Below, piece after piece: positions 58,954 to 64,000 of a stretch of 64,000 bases of DNA. The stretch's first letter is position 1. Every line of letters starts with the position of its first letter. Source of the stretch: Planctomycetota bacterium (GTDB lineage Bacteria > Planctomycetota > UBA8742 > UBA2392); the NCBI GenBank assembly GCA_025993795.1, contig JAMQHL010000047.1:6529-70528 (forward strand), written 5' to 3'. A program made the translations under genes and the position numbers. Under the pieces are notes generated by a model, which saw only the letters and a list, made by a program, of their open reading frames with translations, was not told the origin of the DNA and ran no database searches.

Positions 58954-60165
58954 ATGACACGGACTCTGAGCATCTTCATGTGCCTGCTAGCAGTTGTAAC
59001 GCTGGCGCGGGCGCAGGAACAACCGGTTGAGCTGACGGTCACCTGTGTGTATCCAGGCGCTGAATTGGGCGCGGCGCTGACGGACTTTGCGGGCCAGCTT
59101 GGTTACCAGGTAGATCTGGGCGAGCTTGAGGACAGCGATGAGCTCGAAGAGCCGATCTGGGTGCTCGCGCGCAACGTCAAGCCCGACGTGGCTCTGAAGC
59201 TGATCTCCGAATCCGGCCGAGTTGCGCTGCAACTGGATGCCGAAGCGCGCATGCTGCGCTGCAAGCTGGACGGCTCGGTAGTCGGCAAGCCCGAGGTTCG
59301 AGGTTTTGACGTCAAGGCGCTGACCACTGCGTTTCGCGACTACCGCAAGCGCTTTGACAAACCGCTGCCCGCCGAGGCAGGCCAGGCCCCGTCCGAGATT
59401 CTGCTTGAGGTTGTGCAGCGGGTGCTTGAGGGCGATGCCAGCACCGACACAGGATCGCCTGTCGGTACACGCCTGGTGTTTACGCGCACGGCCGACGAGC
59501 TGCGCAACATTGAAGAGTTGCTGTCGCTGCTGGCCGCTGAAAAGGGCGGCGACAGCTCAGCGTTGAGCAAAGACCGCGCGAACCGGCTGGCGCTTGAAAA
59601 GAACGCGCCGCGAGGGCTGCCTGCCGGCGCCAGTTTTGGGGCGGCCTTGTGGCGCCTGTTCGAGAAGTTCCCGGCGCCGGTGTATGTGCATCGATCGTTG
59701 CTCGAGACCGTGTTTCTGGATGACGATGCCGACGTCGCTGATATGGAAGCCGGCCCGAACGAAGTGCTTGCGCTGCTGGCAACCGAGCACAGCTTTTATG
59801 TGGACGCGCGCCATGGGGCGATGCGGCTTCACCAGCTGCATTACGCCGGCACGCCTAGTTACCGGGTGTTTGCGCTCGATGCGCTGCTGGCGGACCTGGA
59901 GAAGCAGTACAAGGATATGGCCGAAGGCGCCGACAATCCTGACGAGCTTTCACTAAAGGCTCGCGGTGGTGTCGCCGTGATCGTGGACGCCCTTGAGGCC
60001 CAGCTCGAAAGCGCCGGGCATCTTCCCCAGGTGCTGGCCTATGGTGCACGCATTGTGGTCATGGGCGGCAGCGACATCGTTGACACCGCAGCAAAGATCC
60101 TGCGTGAACTCGGCTGGAAAGACCCCGCCAAGGACGCGGGTAAGGAAGAAAGGAGCGGCAAGTGA
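58954..60165 (+). CDS. secreted protein, paralog B of the same family (C-terminal ...ILRELGWKDP)
   Basis: Signal peptide MTRTLSIFMCLLAVVTLARAQE, then N-terminal LTVTCVYPGAELGAALTDFAGQLGYQVDLG...VALKLISESGRVALQLD. Shared blocks FDVKAL, ELLSLLAAEKGGD and the LGWK tail. Confidence 0.55.
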   Translation: MTRTLSIFMCLLAVVTLARAQEQPVELTVTCVYPGAELGAALTDFAGQLGYQVDLGELEDSDELEEPIWVLARNVKPDVALKLISESGRVALQLDAEARMLRCKLDGSVVGKPEVRGFDVKALTTAFRDYRKRFDKPLPAEAGQAPSEILLEVVQRVLEGDASTDTGSPVGTRLVFTRTADELRNIEELLSLLAAEKGGDSSALSKDRANRLALEKNAPRGLPAGASFGAALWRLFEKFPAPVYVHRSLLETVFLDDDADVADMEAGPNEVLALLATEHSFYVDARHGAMRLHQLHYAGTPSYRVFALDALLADLEKQYKDMAEGADNPDELSLKARGGVAVIVDALEAQLESAGHLPQVLAYGARIVVMGGSDIVDTAAKILRELGWKDPAKDAGKEERSGK

Positions 60166-61361
60166 AAACCGCCGCCATCGTATTGCTTGCGCTGTCGCTG
60201 GCATGGTCATCGGCGAACTCGCAGGACAAGCCTGAGCCGGCCACGCTCAGCCTTTCGTACCTTGGTGTGCCTGCCGAGGTTGCGCTGACGGAGTTCGCGA
60301 GGTCCGCACGCCTGAAACTGGACCTGGGTGATGTACCGCCGGAAATGGAAACACCGGTGTGGCTGAGTGTCCAGAAGGTTGAGCTGGCGCACGCAGCAAA
60401 ACTGCTTTCCGTGGCGACCGGCCTCAGCGTGGTTGCCGACGGGAAGCGGCTGGTAGTTCGCGAGGTTCCTGAGGCAGGCAATCACCAGTTCACTCGCGGT
60501 TATGACGTGAGTGTGCTGGCGGGACGCTTTGTCGACTATGTGCGCGCCTATGGCCACCCTGACGCGGAGCGGGCAAAGGCCTCTCCGGGCAGCAAAGAAG
60601 AGCCCTATCTGGCAACCGGTGCCGAAAGCCTGGCGCACCTGATCTGTCTGGTGCTGGATGTGTTGTGGGACGCCCAACCTGCGTGCTCTGTGGTGGGGGA
60701 GCGGATACTGCTTACGACAGACCACTGGACGCACACCCGGGTGCGCGAACTTCTTGCGTTGCTGGTGTCAGACGCCGGCGGTGAGCACCCGTACACGACT
60801 TCCGGACGCGCGCAACTGGCCAAGCTTGCAACAGGCGAGGTGAAGTACGAAGCCGAGGACAGGCCGCTCGGCAGCGTGGTTGCAGGGCTGTGCAAACTGG
60901 CATCTGTCGACTTTGTGGTGCATCACGCGATTGCCACGATGTTCGCCGACGAGCACGCCACGTTGCGGGGCACCGATACCTGTGCGGGGCTGCTCGAGGC
61001 GGTCGTACGCCACGGCGGGTACGAGTTCACGACTTCCACTGCGCTGGGCGTGATCTGCTTCCGGCACGTAGACACGCCTGAGCACGGCGGTTGCAGTGTA
61101 CTCGAAACGGCGACCCTGCTGAAGCGGATTGATGCCTCGTACCAGCGGCAGAAGACAACGCCAGGAGGCCCCGAAAGCCTGCGCGCAGCGGGCGGAGTGC
61201 AGGTCGTAGTTGAAGCGACAGAGACCGCTCTCGACGCGCAGGATTGTCCGGCCATCGTATCGGCATTCGGCACGCGCGTGATCGTCATCGGCGTGCCGTC
61301 TGCATGTGACGCGGCTGCGGGTATACTGAAAGAGATGGGCTGGGAAGCGCCAAAGGAATGA
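60162..61361 (+). CDS. secreted protein, paralog C of the same family (C-terminal ...ILKEMGWEAP)
   Basis: GTG start overlapping the paralog B stop (GTGA). Signal peptide MKTAAIVLLALSLAWSSANSQ, N-terminal LSLSYLGVPAEVALTEFARSARLKLDLG...AAKLLSVATGLSVVADGKRLVV, and shared blocks YDVSVL, ELLALLVSDAGGE, LGW tail. Confidence 0.55.
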   Translation: MKTAAIVLLALSLAWSSANSQDKPEPATLSLSYLGVPAEVALTEFARSARLKLDLGDVPPEMETPVWLSVQKVELAHAAKLLSVATGLSVVADGKRLVVREVPEAGNHQFTRGYDVSVLAGRFVDYVRAYGHPDAERAKASPGSKEEPYLATGAESLAHLICLVLDVLWDAQPACSVVGERILLTTDHWTHTRVRELLALLVSDAGGEHPYTTSGRAQLAKLATGEVKYEAEDRPLGSVVAGLCKLASVDFVVHHAIATMFADEHATLRGTDTCAGLLEAVVRHGGYEFTTSTALGVICFRHVDTPEHGGCSVLETATLLKRIDASYQRQKTTPGGPESLRAAGGVQVVVEATETALDAQDCPAIVSAFGTRVIVIGVPSACDAAAGILKEMGWEAPKE

Positions 61362-62425
61362 TGCCTGACAGCAACGCACCATCCAACAGCGAACGTTTGC
61401 CGTCAACCACGGCCAGCGGTCGCATCATTCAGCTTGACACGTCAAGTGAGTCCGGCGCCCATGGCTCTGTCAACACGTCTCGCCGCCGCAAACGCCAGCG
61501 CATGCCCGGGCTGGCAATGCTGCCGACGGCACTGACGTTGGGCAACGCAATCTGCGGCATCGCTGCACTGATTGAACTGGCAAAGGCATTTGCGGCTATC
61601 GGCGTCGGGCACGGCAGCGAAGTAACGCTTCGGCTTGGGTATGCTGCGCTGCTGATCGGCGCGGGCATGCTGTTTGATGCCATGGACGGCAAGGTCGCGC
61701 GCATGACGGCGACCACGGGGCGCTTCGGCGCTGAACTCGACAGCCTGTGCGACGCCGTAACGTTCGGCGTCGCCCCGGCGATCATGATACGCGTGGGCGG
61801 CGAGTTTTTTTTCGCGCGCGCGCCTTTTGCATTCGACTTTGACACCAAGCTGCTGTGGGCCGTGTGCGGCCTGTACGCCTGCTGCGCCATTCTGCGCCTT
61901 GCGCGGTTCAATGTCGAAACCAGCGAGGTCGACGACCACAGCGTGTTTCACGGCCTTCCCAGCCCCGCCGCTGCCGCCAGCGTGTGCGCGCTGATGCTGG
62001 GTTGCACCTGGTTGTACGACCATTACCCATCGTTCAGCGAACAGCCCTGGCCGTGGGTGTTGCGGTTTGTCATCCCGATCACGTGCGCCTTCATCGGGTT
62101 GATGATGGTGACGCGCATCCGCTACGTTCATCTGTTCAATCGGCTTGTGTCGCGGCACCAGAGCCTGAAGTCGATGGTGTTCATACTGCTGATTGCGGTG
62201 GCGGTGGTGATTTTCATTGATTACTGGAAGCTGCTGGTGCCGGGACTGATGTTCGGTTATGTCCTTTCCGGTCCCATCTACTTTGCCTATCGATTTCTGC
62301 GAAACCGAGGGCTGCTGGGGCGGCGCCTCGCGATTGCCGAACGCAAACGCAGGCGTATCGAAGAGAAGGCCCTCCAACAAGCAGCGAACGATGCCCGCAA
62401 AGATCCTGCAGCCAAGCCAACTTGA
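61358..62425 (+). CDS. pssA: CDP-diacylglycerol--serine O-phosphatidyltransferase (CDP-alcohol phosphatidyltransferase family)
   Basis: The sequence MLFDAMDGKVARMTATTGRFGAELDSLCDAVTFGVAP is the D(x)2DG(x)2AR...G(x)3D(x)3D CDP-OH-P transferase motif, and it is preceded by the PssA-like TALTLGNAICG. ATG at 61358 overlaps the paralog C stop (ATGA); the true start may be the internal M at ~61502 (MPGLAMLP). Confidence 0.75.
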   Translation: MMPDSNAPSNSERLPSTTASGRIIQLDTSSESGAHGSVNTSRRRKRQRMPGLAMLPTALTLGNAICGIAALIELAKAFAAIGVGHGSEVTLRLGYAALLIGAGMLFDAMDGKVARMTATTGRFGAELDSLCDAVTFGVAPAIMIRVGGEFFFARAPFAFDFDTKLLWAVCGLYACCAILRLARFNVETSEVDDHSVFHGLPSPAAAASVCALMLGCTWLYDHYPSFSEQPWPWVLRFVIPITCAFIGLMMVTRIRYVHLFNRLVSRHQSLKSMVFILLIAVAVVIFIDYWKLLVPGLMFGYVLSGPIYFAYRFLRNRGLLGRRLAIAERKRRRIEEKALQQAANDARKDPAAKPT

Positions 62426-63446
62426 CGATGCCGCACGAATGCTGCGGGACGGTGCGCTTGTGGGTTTTCCCACAGACACCGTGTACGGCGTGGCGGCACG
62501 CGCAGACGCCGACTTCAGCAATGCAGCATTGAAGGCGTTCAAGGGCGGCCGCAGCGAGGGCTTCTCGCTTCATGCAGGCAGCGCTGACTTTGCAGTCCAG
62601 GTCGCGGGGCCTCTGCTGCCGCCCGAGGAATTTGCGGTCCGCACACTTACGCCCAACGGCGCCACGGTTGTGGTCGCCAAGGGCAGCTCATCGTTGGGGC
62701 TGCGTGTAGTGCGGCATGCGGTCGGCTCGGCGCTGCTTGAAGCGGCCGGCTTGCCTGTCATTGCTACCAGCGCCAACGAGCACGGGCAGCCGCCGCTGCG
62801 CGACCCGCATGCTATCGCCAGGCTGGGCGTTGATGCCGTGGTGGACGGCGGCGTACTGCCCGAGCGGTCGCCAAGCAGCGTCGTGCGGCTACTGCCCGTC
62901 GGGATCGAAATTCTGCGGCGCGGCGCACTTGAGAAAGACCGGCTTGCGCAGATGTACACGCAGTCGGTGCATTTTGTGTGCCTTGGCAACCTGAACCGAA
63001 GTGCGTTTGCACACCGCCTGCTTGAGGCAATGCAGAGTTGGCTGATGGGGCAGGTGCGTGACTATGTGCCGGCCTATGCGCCGACCAGCAGCGGGCTGAT
63101 TGCGCGATCGGTAAAGCGTTCACCGCCGGACATGCAGCAAGCCGCGCGGCGCTACCACGTCGCAATGGCGTCGCACGTTCCGCAGGCGTTTGATGCAGAG
63201 GTCCTGCCGGCACTGTGCGTCTCGATGGGAGATGACGTGGCGGTCGAAGTCAATGCAGCCGCGCCCGGCAAGGTGCTTCACTGGCAGATCGACGACCCGA
63301 TGGGTAAGCCACCAGGCGTGTACGAGCGCACGGCCAGGCAGGTGGTCGCGCAGATGCGTACAGACCTGCTTGCACGCTGGGCTGGTAACGGAGCGTTGGA
63401 AACCGAGTTCTTGAATCTATTCTGCGGACACGGAGATTCGCCATGA
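62391..63446 (+). CDS. tsaC: fusion protein: L-threonylcarbamoyladenylate synthase (TsaC/YrdC domain) + low-molecular-weight protein phosphatase (LMW-PTP/arsenate-reductase fold) domain
   Basis: N-terminal DAARMLRDGALVGFPTDTVYGVAARAD...VATSANEHGQPP is the YrdC/Sua5 core. The C-terminal VHFVCLGNLNRSAFAHRL is the CX5R(S) P-loop (V/I-x-F-V-C-x-G-N-x-x-R-S) of LMW-PTPs, with a later DDPMG (DP general-acid region). Start at ATG 62391 overlaps the pssA 3' end by 35 nt. Confidence 0.7.
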   Translation: MPAKILQPSQLDDAARMLRDGALVGFPTDTVYGVAARADADFSNAALKAFKGGRSEGFSLHAGSADFAVQVAGPLLPPEEFAVRTLTPNGATVVVAKGSSSLGLRVVRHAVGSALLEAAGLPVIATSANEHGQPPLRDPHAIARLGVDAVVDGGVLPERSPSSVVRLLPVGIEILRRGALEKDRLAQMYTQSVHFVCLGNLNRSAFAHRLLEAMQSWLMGQVRDYVPAYAPTSSGLIARSVKRSPPDMQQAARRYHVAMASHVPQAFDAEVLPALCVSMGDDVAVEVNAAAPGKVLHWQIDDPMGKPPGVYERTARQVVAQMRTDLLARWAGNGALETEFLNLFCGHGDSP

Positions 63447-63907
63447 TCATCGCCATTGCCTCAGATCACGCGGGATTCAAGTTGAAGCAGGCGATCATGG
63501 ATCATCTGCGGAAGGCCGGCCATCAGGTCCTGGACGAAGGCCCAACGGACGAGCAGCGCGTGGACTATCCCGATTTCGCCCAGCGCGCGGCGCGGGTCGT
63601 GGCCCGTGGCGATGCCCAGCGTGGCGTGCTGGTGTGCGGCAGCGGCATCGGCATGTGCATGAGCGCAAACAAGATTGCGGGCATTCGTGCGGTTGTGCTT
63701 CACGACGCATGGGAAGCTGAAATGTCGCGGCGGCACAACGACGCCAACGTGGCGTGCTTTGGCCAACGCAGCATGGGCGAAGATGTGGCGACACACGCGC
63801 TGGATGCATTCCTGCGCACGGAGTTTGATGGCGGCCGCCACGAAGGACGGGTTGCCAAGATCGGGCATCTTGATGGCAGCGTGAAAATTGTGGCGCCCGG
63901 TGAGTAG
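63443..63907 (+). CDS. rpiB: ribose-5-phosphate isomerase B (RpiB/LacA/LacB family)
   Basis: MIIAIASDHAGFKLKQAIMDHLRKAGHQVLDEG...GVLVCGSGIGMCMSANK matches RpiB (catalytic Cys in CGSGIG). Overlaps the previous stop by 4 nt. Confidence 0.85.
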   Translation: MIIAIASDHAGFKLKQAIMDHLRKAGHQVLDEGPTDEQRVDYPDFAQRAARVVARGDAQRGVLVCGSGIGMCMSANKIAGIRAVVLHDAWEAEMSRRHNDANVACFGQRSMGEDVATHALDAFLRTEFDGGRHEGRVAKIGHLDGSVKIVAPGE

Positions 63908-64000
63908 TCGGCCCGCAAGAAAAATTCATGCCCCGAATACCCAGTGGCTTAGCTAACCTCCTGCCATGACTCGCCTTGTCTACAAACATTGGCACAGCGC

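Overview
High-GC (~62%) chromosomal window, probably from a Planctomycetota-like bacterium (taxon inferred from gene content only). Coding is dense on both strands, with many 1–4 nt start/stop overlaps. I found no rRNA, CRISPR array, transposase or integrase. Gene order: partial Tat-signal M23 peptidase; CysZ/EI24-like membrane protein; class-III adenylate cyclase; SGNH/GDSL hydrolase; a five-gene minus-strand GldA/F/G-like ABC operon (ATPase, ABC-2 permease, GldG-like, DUF4340 protein with a C-terminal parvulin PPIase domain, 626-aa double permease); tRNA-Lys(CUU) with a bidirectional terminator; a complete phoB-phoR-pstS-pstC-pstA-pstB-phoU locus with three 11-bp TTCAC direct repeats (PHO-box-like) ahead of pstS; a cation/H+ antiporter with RCK domain; rimK; rsmB followed by a 1295-aa secreted TPR/CARDB protein; a ~15-kb plus-strand operon built around MoxR + DUF58 + two very large vWA membrane proteins (Bat-like) with added HEAT-repeat and β-propeller proteins and holA; the yidC-mnmE pair; Ser/Thr kinase divergent from lepB; and an operon lepB?-psd-[three tandem paralogous secreted proteins with secretin-N/STN-like N-termini and a shared C-terminal LGWK/E motif]-pssA-(tsaC::LMW-PTP fusion)-rpiB. 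The most unusual items are the triplicated secreted family inside the psd/pssA operon, the DUF4340–parvulin fusion, the TsaC–LMW-PTP fusion with Bacillus ywlC-ywlE-ywlF-like synteny, and the extended MoxR/vWA operon.
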